The notes: generated by a model from the letters alone, not told the origin. 64,000 nucleotides of DNA from Candidatus Latescibacterota bacterium (GCA_965242865.1 CBDETK010000013.1:2624001-2688000), one strand, 5' to 3'; counted from the stretch's first letter, positions 41,031 to 50,759 are shown. Translations and numbers: made by a program.

Positions 41031-42332
41031 ATGGATCTGACCAAACAACCGCCTCGCCGCCCCTCCAACGCCCGCGTCGCCGGCATCGTCGGGCTGGCGC
41101 GCATGATCGACAAGGCGCGTGGCCACAACGCCGAGACCATTGGCGCATTCAAGTATGGCGACGAGTCCGGCCTCGATGTCGAAGTGCTCGAATTTATCAA
41201 CATGAACGCCGCCGAATTCGCCGAGGCCGTCGGCGAATTGAGCGATGCGGCTTTGGGCGAATTGGCCCTAGAAAGAGCGCAGAAAAGCCAAGCCGAGCTC
41301 GACGCCTTCAACGAGGAACACCTCGCCCGCGAGCCGCAAGACGAACTACACGAGCGGCTGCTCGTTGAGCGGATCGCCCAGTACGCCCCAGAGCGCACGG
41401 ACATCAAAACGGTCTTCGCCTCCATTGAGCTAGACGACTGGGGGGCCTTTCGGGACTTGGACCTGACCGCCCAGCCGCCGCGCAGCCCGTACCTCCGCAG
41501 CGTCTTTGGCGTGGCGGGCGCGGCGCGCATGGCCGACAAGGCGCGGGCCGTCACCGGCGGCCAGCTCGGGGAGTACCGCTTTGGGGCCGACTCCAGCCAA
41601 GACGCGGCCATTTTGGATTTCTTGGGCCTTGCCGAGGACGCCTTTCGCCAAGCGGCTTACGAAAACCCCAACGACCACGAGTTGAGCGAGTGGATCGCCG
41701 ACCGCTGCGAGAAATCGGCTGCGGACAAAAGCGTCTTCAACGCTTGGCGCGCCAACGTCGGCCGCTACGGCGAGATGCACCAGCGGCTCGCGCTGCGCCG
41801 GGCCGAGGTCGCGCCCGAGCGCGGGGACATCGAGACCTTCTTCGACCTGCAAGACCTCGACGACGAATTGAGCTTTGGGCTGACGGACTTGCGCCGGCAC
41901 CCGCCGCGCAGCCCCTTTGACCAGAGCGTCGGTGGCCTCGCCTGCCTAGCGCGGATGATCGACAAATTCCGCGCCCAAGCAGACCATTGCCTCGGCGAGT
42001 ACTGGTGCGGCGAGGATTCGGGTTTCGACCGTGCGGTGCTGGATTTTCTCGGCCTCAACGCGGCGGTTTTTGCCGAGGCCATTGCGGCCAACGGAACCGA
42101 CGACTCCTTAGTGGCGTGGCTGGGCGGGCGGCTAGCCGACAAGGGCGAGGACGAGAAGGCGCGGTTCAACCAACGGCTCCTGACGGCCGGGCCGCGCAAC
42201 GACCGGCAGCAGAGCTTTTTGCGCGCCGCCATCGCCCGGCTCGACGCCTCGCGCACGGACATCGAGAGCTTTGCGGCCCTGACCCTCCTCGACGACGCGG
42301 TCTCCTTCGCCCGGCTCAAGGCCGGCGTCTGA
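41031..42332 (+). CDS. protein with three DUF5069-like domains
   Basis: Three internal repeats DL..PPR.P...V.G...xARMxDKxRA....G.Y.xG.DS..D..xL.FxG. Confidence 0.75.
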   Translation: MDLTKQPPRRPSNARVAGIVGLARMIDKARGHNAETIGAFKYGDESGLDVEVLEFINMNAAEFAEAVGELSDAALGELALERAQKSQAELDAFNEEHLAREPQDELHERLLVERIAQYAPERTDIKTVFASIELDDWGAFRDLDLTAQPPRSPYLRSVFGVAGAARMADKARAVTGGQLGEYRFGADSSQDAAILDFLGLAEDAFRQAAYENPNDHELSEWIADRCEKSAADKSVFNAWRANVGRYGEMHQRLALRRAEVAPERGDIETFFDLQDLDDELSFGLTDLRRHPPRSPFDQSVGGLACLARMIDKFRAQADHCLGEYWCGEDSGFDRAVLDFLGLNAAVFAEAIAANGTDDSLVAWLGGRLADKGEDEKARFNQRLLTAGPRNDRQQSFLRAAIARLDASRTDIESFAALTLLDDAVSFARLKAGV

Positions 42333-43027
42333 TGTCCCGCCCGCTCATCGGCATCACCAGCAGCCTAAACGCCAGCGGCGAGCAAACCCTCGACGCCCAC
42401 TACGTAGAAGCGGTCGCGCAGGCGGGCGGCGCACCGCTCGTGCTGCCGATGAGCGCAGACTGCACCGCGCTGCAAGCCGTACTAGAGCGCATTGACGGGC
42501 TGTTGATCACCGGCGGCCCGGGCATTGAGCGCGGCCTGATCGGCACCCTGCCCAGCGATCTGCCGCCGGTTGCGGCCCAGCGCGACCGAGCGGACCGCTG
42601 GAGCTTTGCGACCGCGCAAGCGCGTCGGTTGCCGGTTTTGGGCATCTGCTATGGAATGCAGTTTATCAGTGCCGAGTTGGGTGGCACGATTTGGGCGGAC
42701 GTGGAAGCCCAGCTCGGGGTTGAGCCGCATGGGCGACCGCGAACGGCGGGCGAGCGCATTGAGCACGATCTCCAAGTCGAGCCGGGCACGGTGCTGGCCG
42801 CGCTGAGCCATGCTGGGGCGTCGCGGGTCAATTCCAATCACGTGCAGGCCATTGACCGGCCCGGCGCGGGCTTGGCGATCAGCGGGCGCAGCGCCGATGG
42901 CGTCGTGGAGGCGGTTGAGAGCGCGGATGGGCGTTTAATCGGCGTACAGTTTCACCCGGAGCTCATGCTTGGGACGATCTGGTCTAAGCTATTCGACCAC
43001 TTGGTGAGCCGAGCGAGGCGATGCTGA
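42332..43027 (+). CDS. peptidase C26 / gamma-glutamyl-GABA hydrolase family
   Basis: RPLIGIT, DGLLITGG, LGICYGMQ, VNSNH.QAI, GVQFHPE; TGATG coupling. Confidence 0.92.
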   Translation: MSRPLIGITSSLNASGEQTLDAHYVEAVAQAGGAPLVLPMSADCTALQAVLERIDGLLITGGPGIERGLIGTLPSDLPPVAAQRDRADRWSFATAQARRLPVLGICYGMQFISAELGGTIWADVEAQLGVEPHGRPRTAGERIEHDLQVEPGTVLAALSHAGASRVNSNHVQAIDRPGAGLAISGRSADGVVEAVESADGRLIGVQFHPELMLGTIWSKLFDHLVSRARRC

Positions 43028-43057
43028 AGGAGTAATGCGGATTAAGGAAGGATTAGT

Positions 43058-43168
43058 ATATAGCCGTCCTAAATGACTTGAAAGCATGGAATGTTGATCG
43101 CCCCTGTTTTTTGTTACGAGGCGTCATTCCCGCGAACGCGGGAATCCAGTCTTGAAGGATGTAGAATT
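43058..43168. mobile_element. MITE-like element (TATAG terminus, ATTCCC-N8-GGGAAT hairpin), right end truncated
   Basis: ATATAGCCGTCCTAAAT at 43058; GTCATTCCCGCGAACGCGGGAATCCAG at 43123; resembles 16448-16517. Confidence 0.65.
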
Positions 43169-43254
43169 ACCAAGGCTGGTCTCAATTTTGTCTGCGACAG
43201 ATCGGAGAATGGAAATGGCACTAAGACTATTGATCTTGCTGTAGGTGTGCCCAT
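43165..43254 (-). pseudogene. PemK/MazF toxin, N-terminal fragment
   Basis: MGTPTARSIVLVPFPFSDLSQTKLRPALVI, then runs into the MITE-like element; not in the ORF track. Confidence 0.85.
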
Positions 43255-43442
43255 GCAGCATCCTCCTCTGGGCGATTCCAGTCTTCAGCTAATGCGGCTT
43301 CACTAAGCAAGGCGGTTTCAGCCATAGCCGATTCAGCGGAGAGGATCGTCACAAATGCACGTTGAGGCTTGGGCAACTGGACCGGCTCCAGTAAGCTCAC
43401 ATTGCCTTGTTCATCAGTGTCCAGTAGAACTTTAGGTAACAA
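43227..43442 (-). CDS. putative antitoxin of the MazF-type pair (N-terminus possibly altered)
   Basis: ETALLSEAALAEDWNRPEEDAAWAHL tail; overlaps the toxin start. Confidence 0.7.
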   Translation of the reverse strand: MLPKVLLDTDEQGNVSLLEPVQLPKPQRAFVTILSAESAMAETALLSEAALAEDWNRPEEDAAWAHLQQDQ

Positions 43443-43508
43443 AAAAGGAAAGCCCTAGTCAAGCTATAACCAGTGCCCCGAGCGGTATGTAGTTCACGGG
43501 TTAGGTTC

Positions 43509-43600
43509 AGTTGGGTGTTGAGTTTTGGCGCGGCGGCTGAGGTGCTGGAGCCGGAGGCATTGTGGGCGGCGGTGCGGGCGGTGCGAGGGTTGTATGACGA
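43509..43600 (+). pseudogene. C-terminal fragment of a WYL/WCX regulator
   Basis: SWVLSFGAAAEVLEPEALWAAV matches the WCX-type W.LSFG..VEVLEP..LR tail. Confidence 0.6.
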
Positions 43601-43704
43601 GGGGCGACGTGATCTGTCTCAGATCATCGAATACGCGCAGACCGACCTACGGTCAGCAGCACCAAGTTACGCAAAGACAGAGCCGATCCAAGCGTCGCTG
43701 ACTC

Positions 43705-44940
43705 CTATGCTTCTATAAGCGTTTCCCCCCACGTTGCAAGGGGAGTAGCGAGCGCATCAATGATACATTTTTCAAGTTCTCCCCGCTTCTCCAAATCAAT
43801 CACTTTATCGCGACCCCATTCCCGAGAGACCGAGAATCCCGGGATGACATTGAGGCTCTGCCTCTTTGTCTTGTTAAACTCGGCTTCGATCTCTCTTCGA
43901 CCTTCAGAACTAATAAGGCGATCGTGTTCCCATTGCTTGGCCAAGCACAACAGTTCATCCCGACACTTTTTGCCATACAAAGACCCATCTGAAAAGCGGT
44001 CCAAATATTCACGAGTTTCCAAATCCGTTTCGGCCCAGATCAAGCCCTTGCTCATAAAGGAGAAACGGAGATTGGGTTTGACCTCCCACTCTTTCAAGGC
44101 GAGAAAGGCTTCCTTGTCGACAGCTTCGTAAAAACGGCGGGCTTGCCAGACGGTATCTGCTGGATACAGCTTTACTTGGAGTTTCCAAGGCTTCGACTCG
44201 GAGATCAAAATGAAGACCATTTGAGCAATTTTATCCGGCCGGAATAAGAAGTCCCTATCCTCCAAATCTGTCTTACTTGCTAAAGTAGCCAATAGAGAGG
44301 CACAGCGTCTTTCTAGTGCTTCAGGTCTGTCACCGCAGAGTTCGAAGGTGCGATAGGGAGTCAACTCAGGATGGACTTTCTCCACGAACGACAGGAAATC
44401 ACTAGCGATCTCGCGGCTGCTGAAATGCGCGATGCCTGACTCGGCGTACTTGAGCACACCTTCCAGAATTTCTGACCACTCCAAGCATATCGCCGAATGA
44501 TGTAGCGTGTTATCGTCAATGTCACCCGAGAATGACTTTTTGCTCGGCGACAACTGCTCCTCCCATACGGCACCATGATGGAGTTTGTTTTCGATAATCA
44601 AGGTCATGCAGTTTGGGTACTCAATTATGCCATCATACCTAGGATTACGACCTGACCATTCGACCCTTATTTTTTTTTGAATAGGCGCATCGGTAAGGAG
44701 GATGGAAACAAGAGGAGTAGTGGACGATTCAATCCACTCGGTCTGCGTTGAGACATTCGCCGGCTCCCAAGTATTGACGTGCGTCCGAAGCTTGGGAGGT
44801 AGCCGCGATTCCACCAGTTCACGCAGGAAGTTCTGTAGGGATGGATCGTATTTAAGAGCTACGAGAAACGCCCAAGTCAAGCGATCTTCATGATGCCTAT
44901 ACCGAGAATCAAAGGGGTTAAACAGATTTGAGCGGTTCAT
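43705..44940 (-). CDS. PD-(D/E)XK nuclease-like protein
   Basis: HEDRLT helix, YDGII....LIIENKL....EEQL; AAGGAG RBS. Confidence 0.7.
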   Translation of the reverse strand: MNRSNLFNPFDSRYRHHEDRLTWAFLVALKYDPSLQNFLRELVESRLPPKLRTHVNTWEPANVSTQTEWIESSTTPLVSILLTDAPIQKKIRVEWSGRNPRYDGIIEYPNCMTLIIENKLHHGAVWEEQLSPSKKSFSGDIDDNTLHHSAICLEWSEILEGVLKYAESGIAHFSSREIASDFLSFVEKVHPELTPYRTFELCGDRPEALERRCASLLATLASKTDLEDRDFLFRPDKIAQMVFILISESKPWKLQVKLYPADTVWQARRFYEAVDKEAFLALKEWEVKPNLRFSFMSKGLIWAETDLETREYLDRFSDGSLYGKKCRDELLCLAKQWEHDRLISSEGRREIEAEFNKTKRQSLNVIPGFSVSREWGRDKVIDLEKRGELEKCIIDALATPLATWGETLIEA

Positions 44941-45195
44941 TTATTTTTGCTCCTTGTATTTGAGGATTCCACTTCTCGGACTACGATATTGCCAGCCTGT
45001 TCCGGCAAACCGGCGAATGCTTTTCCGAATATAGGTACAGGTCACTATCAGGAAAAGGCCTGAGGCTAGAACCTTTTTACAAAAAAATTCTCCCCTGCGA
45101 CGCGATCTCATAGCCGCCACAAGCCCCGGCTTCCAAGAGGCGGTTGTCAGTTCTCCTTTACACTAGCGGGCGCACCATCCACCACTCCAGCCGAA

Positions 45196-45725
45196 CTAAT
45201 CCGTTCCAGCAGACACCAAGACACTATCCATCTCAGCCCTCTCAAAATTATCGTCCGAATGAGCCTGTATGCTTCCTATGCCTTTGCGAAAACCACTCGC
45301 AACTCCGTCGCCCCAAGAAGTCAATGTCACCGTCCCTGACGGGGACACGGCTTTACGAGTGTAGTATAATGCCTCAATAGACATTCTGATAGGCGACAAG
45401 TTCGACATATTTGGAATCGTGTTAGGCCAAGGACCGGGATTAGGAAACAGCAGTGTACCCAATACGTTTCGGGGGTCGATATGGAAAGAGCCTGAGAGTT
45501 CCGCGGGAAAGCTCTCATCGGTGTCTTTGTAAGTAGCCTGAACACTCCCAAAAACCCCGATAGAGGATTTATTAGCATGGAAGTAGTAATAGTAGGAACC
45601 ATATCTTGATCTAGTACCGTATTCTATCCGCCTCCCAAGCCTCCCCGTGAAATCGTAGTCCAACGTTCCATAACCATCCGTAGGAACATTCTGGTAATCC
45701 TCGTGCGCCCACTGTGCATCAAGAC
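45196..45725 (-). pseudogene. 3' fragment of an unknown gene
   Basis: Protein-like open frame (LDAQWAHEDYQNVP..SAGTD) whose 5' end abuts the truncated AAA gene; no credible start. Confidence 0.4.
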
Positions 45726-45769
45726 CTAAGCGGTCCAATAAATTAGAGGAACGCGACCACATCGAAAAA

Positions 45770-47140
45770 ATGGTCCAGGGCGCACTATCCACCGGCAAAC
45801 CGGGCGTAAACATCTTGGTGTACGGCCCGCCGGGAACCGGCAAGACCGAGTTTTGCAAGACGCTGGCCGCCCGGCTCGGGAAGAGGCTGTACAGCGTCGG
45901 CGAAGAAGATGGCAGCGGCGACGATCCCAGACGGAACGAGCGACTCCAAGAACTCCAGCTCGCCCAGCGTCTGCTAGCACCGGGCCGTGGGTCAATCCTG
46001 CTCTTCGACGAGATGGAGGACTTGCTCTCGAATCCGGACTCGGGCTGGATGCCGTTCTCGTCGCGTAGCTTTCCTCATCTTCGGGCCGGCGGCTCCAAAG
46101 TGTTCCTAAACCGGCTGCTCGAACGGACGCCCGTACCGACGCTGTGGACCTCCAACTCCGCCCGAGCAACCTGTCCCACCGTCCTGCGCCGCATGACCTT
46201 CGCCTTAGAGTTGCGTAAGCCGCCATCCCCAGTCCGGGCGCGTATCTGGCAACGGGAACTGGCCCGGCGCGATATCGAGGCGACCGAGCAGGATGCACGC
46301 TCCCTGGCCAAAGAGTTTGACGTAACGCCGGGCATAGCGTCTGGGGCCATCGCCGCGGCGAGCCTCTGCGGCGGCGACCTCACCGCAGTGCGCCTCGGCG
46401 TCCGCAGCCTGTCTCAAGTGATTGTCGGCGAGAAGCCCCCCGCAAATCAGGGGCCGCCCGATAGATTCGACCCCGTCCTAATCCGGGCCGACATCGACCC
46501 GGTAGAATTTGCGGGAAGCATTGTACAAAGCGGTGGCAAGCATTTTTCCCTCTGTCTGCAAGGGCCGCCCGGCACCGGCAAGAGCGCGTTCGTCCGCTAC
46601 CTAGCCGAACGCCTCGGCCTCCAAGTCTCCCAAAAGCGCGCCTCCGACCTAATGTCGATGTGGGTCGGCGAAACCGAAAAGCTAATCGCCGAAGCCTTTG
46701 CCGAAGCTCGCGCCGAAGGCTCCATTCTCGTCTTTGACGAGGCCGACTCCCTGCTCGCCGATCGCCAAGGTGCCGTGCGCTCTTGGGAAGTCAGCCGAGT
46801 CAACGAAATGCTGACTTGGATGGAGAGCCACCCCCTGCCGTTCGCCTGCACGACGAACTTTGGCGACAATCTCGACCCCGCCACCTTGCGCCGCTTCACC
46901 TTCAAGATCGCGCTCAACTACCTCACGCCCGACCAGTCGCAAGCGGCGTTCCGCACCTATTTCGCGCTCAACCCTCCGCCCGAAGTCGCCGACCTCACCA
47001 CCCTGACCCCCGGCGATTTCGCCGTAGTCCGCCGAAAGGCCGAAATCCTCGGCCACCTGCAAGACGCAAAGGCTCTCGCCGAATTGCTCCGCGCCGAGTG
47101 CGAAGCCAAGCCGAACCACACGCGCAAGATGGGCTTTTGA
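45770..47140 (+). CDS. tandem AAA+ ATPase (SpoVK/Cdc48-like), probably 5'-truncated
   Basis: GPPGTGKT/LLFDEMED and GPPGTGKS/LVFDEADS, LRRF, C-terminal KMGF; Walker A only about 18 aa from the start. Confidence 0.8.
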   Translation: MVQGALSTGKPGVNILVYGPPGTGKTEFCKTLAARLGKRLYSVGEEDGSGDDPRRNERLQELQLAQRLLAPGRGSILLFDEMEDLLSNPDSGWMPFSSRSFPHLRAGGSKVFLNRLLERTPVPTLWTSNSARATCPTVLRRMTFALELRKPPSPVRARIWQRELARRDIEATEQDARSLAKEFDVTPGIASGAIAAASLCGGDLTAVRLGVRSLSQVIVGEKPPANQGPPDRFDPVLIRADIDPVEFAGSIVQSGGKHFSLCLQGPPGTGKSAFVRYLAERLGLQVSQKRASDLMSMWVGETEKLIAEAFAEARAEGSILVFDEADSLLADRQGAVRSWEVSRVNEMLTWMESHPLPFACTTNFGDNLDPATLRRFTFKIALNYLTPDQSQAAFRTYFALNPPPEVADLTTLTPGDFAVVRRKAEILGHLQDAKALAELLRAECEAKPNHTRKMGF

Positions 47141-47197
47141 TTAGGTTCTCGTTTTTGACAAGTCGATTACCACTGAATAAATTCTCCCGCCCGTCGC

Positions 47198-47251
47198 ATG
47201 ACGACCATCCCTAATCTGTGCGGATTCGCAACAAAAGAACTCGCACGCTAA
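47198..47251 (+). pseudogene. 17-codon remnant of the 5' end of a paralogue of the next gene
   Basis: MTTIPNLCGFATKELAR* versus MTLPNLYEFATKELAQD at 47269. Confidence 0.8.
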
Positions 47252-47268
47252 ACAAGGAGCACAGCAAA

Positions 47269-48354
47269 ATGACACTGCCCAATCTGTACGAATTCGCAAC
47301 AAAGGAACTCGCACAGGATGCTACCATTGCTTACCTCTTGGCGTGGGCCGACCCGGCATACCGCGAATCACATCCGCGCCTCCACACCCTTGGCACCGAA
47401 TTATTGCGTTCGCTCCTTCAGACGAAAGAAGAGGTTCTTCCACCGATCGAAACACTTTGTATCAAGACCCAGGTTTACCGGATTGACATTGTCGTGAAGA
47501 TCAACGCCGGCGAGAATGGAGTCCTCCTGATCATCGAAGACAAGGTGAGTGCCCGAGAGGGGCCGAACCAAATTGAAGGGTATAAAGAGGCCGCCAAGAA
47601 GAAGTACAGCGGCCAGTATGGTTGTGGTCGTTTGGTTGCGGTATATCTCAAGACGGGAAACGAATCGAAGGCCAGCCTTCCAGACGTAAAAAAATGCGGC
47701 CGCTTTATGCGCCGCGACCTGCTAGATGTCCTGAACAAATTTCAGGACACGGGAAATACCATAGTGGAAGACTTTCGCATCCATCTTCAAAATTGGGAGG
47801 ACGATACGAACAGGTGGGAATCCGCGAGTTACAAGGAGTGGGAGTGGAGACAATGGGAGGGCTTCTATGCCGAGTTGGAACACAGGTGGGACGGTTGTTG
47901 TGGTTGGGGTTATATTGCAAATCCGGCTGGAGGATTCCTTGGCTGTTGGTTGGGCTTCAAGAACATCGGAACCGAGGATCCGTACTCTCGCCTATATATA
48001 CAGATTCACAAGGATATACAGAAGGATATACAGATTTACAAGGAAACGCGTTTGACCGTCCGGCTTGGATCCGGTAAGGCCATGGACAAAGTTCGTGCCC
48101 CGTTCATGCACAAAGTTTTCAATGCCTTGAAAGAAGAGGCTTTTGACGGCATCCGCATCGAAAAGGCGGGGAAGTTCAGGGGCGGCGGTGCTGCAGCGGT
48201 TGCAGTCGTCACGTTTGATGAACAAGTACCTTGGCTTGCCGTTGACTCCAACGGCGTCGTGAATATGGACGCCACGATCGAACGGCTGCGTCGCTTGGAG
48301 GAACTGCTGGAAAAAGTTGCGACGCGCTTAACCGAACAGGGGATCGCCAGTTAG
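47269..48354 (+). CDS. PD-(D/E)XK nuclease family protein (PDDEXK_4-like)
   Basis: NLYEFATKELAQDA, RIDIVV....LIIEDKV....NQI..Y, VYLKTG; AAGGAG RBS. Confidence 0.85.
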   Translation: MTLPNLYEFATKELAQDATIAYLLAWADPAYRESHPRLHTLGTELLRSLLQTKEEVLPPIETLCIKTQVYRIDIVVKINAGENGVLLIIEDKVSAREGPNQIEGYKEAAKKKYSGQYGCGRLVAVYLKTGNESKASLPDVKKCGRFMRRDLLDVLNKFQDTGNTIVEDFRIHLQNWEDDTNRWESASYKEWEWRQWEGFYAELEHRWDGCCGWGYIANPAGGFLGCWLGFKNIGTEDPYSRLYIQIHKDIQKDIQIYKETRLTVRLGSGKAMDKVRAPFMHKVFNALKEEAFDGIRIEKAGKFRGGGAAAVAVVTFDEQVPWLAVDSNGVVNMDATIERLRRLEELLEKVATRLTEQGIAS

Positions 48355-48378
48355 TTGCGCGAGCATTCGCAATATTGA

Positions 48379-48705
48379 CTATGCCCGCAGCAAATGCCGC
48401 TGTAGCAAGGTCTGCATGTCGCGTCGCCCATCGGCGATCAAGAGCACATAGACCTCATTTCCCATCACCCGATAAATGATGCGGTAGGGCCTGAAGAATA
48501 TCTCCCGGTACTCCCGAATTCCAACGTCCAGCAGTTCCGTCGGATAGCTCCCGCGCTCGGGATACTCGGATAGGCTGCTGAACGCCTTCTCAATCTGCTT
48601 CAGTACACAATCCGCTCGGCCCGGCCCATCCTGCCTATCGCTGTAATCGCAGATAGTCTCCAAGTCGTGCGCCGAGTCGTCGGTCAACTGAACCAAGAAC
48701 ACCAT
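48379..48705 (-). CDS. RelE/ParE family toxin
   Basis: V.LTDDSAHDLETICDY, LSEYPERG..P.EL, YREI..RPYRIIYRV, IADGRRD. Confidence 0.88.
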   Translation of the reverse strand: MVFLVQLTDDSAHDLETICDYSDRQDGPGRADCVLKQIEKAFSSLSEYPERGSYPTELLDVGIREYREIFFRPYRIIYRVMGNEVYVLLIADGRRDMQTLLQRHLLRA

Positions 48706-48811
48706 CAGCGACCTTGGTGCCGCTCCCGCAGCCGTGCGACGACATCGGCGGCCGGTTGCACCTGACCTGCTTCGATCTGACGGCTACCCAGCGCGAGGAT
48801 CTTGAGCAACG
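48705..48811 (-). pseudogene. Phd/YefM antitoxin, C-terminal fragment only
   Basis: LLKILALGSRQIEAGQVQPAADVVARLRERHQGR* with TGATG coupling to the toxin; N-terminus missing. Confidence 0.7.
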
Positions 48812-48979
48812 TACCTGATCTGGCACTTCGCGAAGTGCTATCGTAGTTTAGGATTTCAAGAAATTGGCAAAGGAACGACAGTTGCCGGTTGTTGTTGGAG
48901 AAGATGGCGCGGCTTTAAGAGAAATACGAGGCCGAGCGGATTCGCTCGACAGCCGAACGAATCAAGGGAGAATTTTGCA

Positions 48980-50356
48980 ATGGACGAAATAAGGGAATTG
49001 ATTTTGGAGGATGTGCGCTGTTTCCAAGGCACACAGCGCGGTCGCTTGCGGCCTATTACGCTGCTCGTGGGTGAGAACAGTACGGGAAAGACTACCTTTC
49101 TAAGCTGTTACAGGATATTACACCGGGTGCTTTCTCGGCAGGAGGGCAACATTGACGAGCAGTTGGACTTCAACGAGGATCCCTTTTCTATGGGCTCGTT
49201 CCACGACATCGTTCGGTTGCGGCGCGGTCCAAGCGGTCGTATCGACGAGTTCAAACTCGGTTTTACGATTGCGCCTCACAACGGTGTGTCGCCGTATGAA
49301 ACATCCATCGCCGTCTCGGAAAAAAATTCGCAACCTGCTGTCTCCTCCTTGCGCTATCAGTTCAACTCCGACTCCTTTCTGGCATTGCGACGAGTTGACT
49401 CCGGCGAAACCATTCTTTCCATCCCGCATCACGAGGAGAAGATCAACTTCTCATTTGAGGAAGTGGTGTTCATGCTCGATAGGCTGACCTCTGGATATCC
49501 AAAACAGCATCCTTACTATCTCCACTACCTTCGCCTGTTTCCGAACATGCGACCAATCGTCGAGTACCTCGAAACGTTGTTCTCCAACCGCAAAACTGGT
49601 AAGGCCGGACGCACGAAGCGGCGGGGTTATGGTTTCAGGTTTCTGAGCACCACCGATGTAATTCCAATCGCGCCGCTTCGCTCCAAACCCAAGCGCACCT
49701 ACGATCCGGTACGCGAGACCGCCTCGCCTGAAGGCGAACACATCCCCATGTTAATGATGAGGCTCGACCGCACCGACAAGAACCACTGGAACTCGCTTCG
49801 CGATAGCCTCCTGCAATTTGGTCATGGCTCCGGATTGTTTGCGGACATCAAAGTAAAGCGTCATGGCAAGCTGATGAGCGATCCGTTCCAGTTGCAGGTA
49901 AAAGTTCGATCAGGACCGCATGCGAACATCATGGATGTGGGCTACGGTGTCAGCCAGAGCCTGCCAATCCTAGTCGACGTGCTAGCTGCGGAGTCGGGAT
50001 TGCGCCGACAGGGCGGAGGCGAACGGACGTTCTTGCTACAGCAACCAGAGGTCCATCTTCATCCCCGGGGGCAGGCGGCACTAGCCAGTCTGCTAGTGGA
50101 GTCCTTTGAGAAACGCGGAAACCGATTCTTGATCGAGACCCACAGCGACTACATTGTAGATCGCGTTCGCATCTCCGTCAGAAAACGGATTTTGAAGCCC
50201 GAGGACGTTTCCATCCTGTACTTCGAGCCAAAAGGAAACGCCGTTGTGATTCACAATGTGACCTTGGACAAATACGGCAATCTACAGGACGCGCCCGATG
50301 GATACCGGGACTTCTTCTTAAAGGAAACCGACCAGCTACTTGGTTTCGCGGATTGA
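48980..50356 (+). CDS. ABC-type (AAA_15/AAA_21) ATPase, same family as 523-1917
   Basis: GENSTGKT, DVGYGVSQSLP, LLQQPEVHLHP, IETHSD, DKYGNL..APDGY..FF. Confidence 0.88.
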   Translation: MDEIRELILEDVRCFQGTQRGRLRPITLLVGENSTGKTTFLSCYRILHRVLSRQEGNIDEQLDFNEDPFSMGSFHDIVRLRRGPSGRIDEFKLGFTIAPHNGVSPYETSIAVSEKNSQPAVSSLRYQFNSDSFLALRRVDSGETILSIPHHEEKINFSFEEVVFMLDRLTSGYPKQHPYYLHYLRLFPNMRPIVEYLETLFSNRKTGKAGRTKRRGYGFRFLSTTDVIPIAPLRSKPKRTYDPVRETASPEGEHIPMLMMRLDRTDKNHWNSLRDSLLQFGHGSGLFADIKVKRHGKLMSDPFQLQVKVRSGPHANIMDVGYGVSQSLPILVDVLAAESGLRRQGGGERTFLLQQPEVHLHPRGQAALASLLVESFEKRGNRFLIETHSDYIVDRVRISVRKRILKPEDVSILYFEPKGNAVVIHNVTLDKYGNLQDAPDGYRDFFLKETDQLLGFAD

Positions 50357-50365
50357 GCCGGCCTC

Positions 50366-50681
50366 ATGTGCATCATCATAGACGAGAACAAGCTCGGTTC
50401 GTTTCTCGCCGATCCACCGGACGCGGATTCCGCGCCGGTCCGCAAGTGGCTAGACAAAGGTGGTATCCTCGTGTATTCAACGGGGAGCATTTTCGCCGAA
50501 GAAGTTAGAGGCCGGGCAAAGAGAACGCGGTGCCCGCCTGCTCTATACAGGGGACAACGATCTCATAGCGGACTTCAAGAACAAGCAGTTCATAGATAAA
50601 CCAAGAGGCAAAGTCTATTCCGGCTCGGCCAATGCCAACTTACTTACCAAATCGGCCTGCGAGGGGCGAGGAATGCAGTAG
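50366..50681 (+). pseudogene. PIN-like protein with internal deletion/frameshift near 50520
   Basis: MCIIIDEN..EVRGRAK in one frame, then ERGARLLYTGDNDLIADFKN.. in another; central D.H region absent. Confidence 0.65.
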
Positions 50682-50759
50682 CCTCAGAAAGGACCTTATG
50701 CCCGCAGTAAGCGTCGCAACAGCAAGGTCTCCCGAAAGCCAGGCGAGAGCAGTTCTTGC

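Noticed and set aside
47996-48044. Short in-frame duplication (IQIHKDIQKDIQIYK) in the nuclease gene
   Set aside because: Looks like a local slippage duplication that keeps the frame; no sign of a programmed switch
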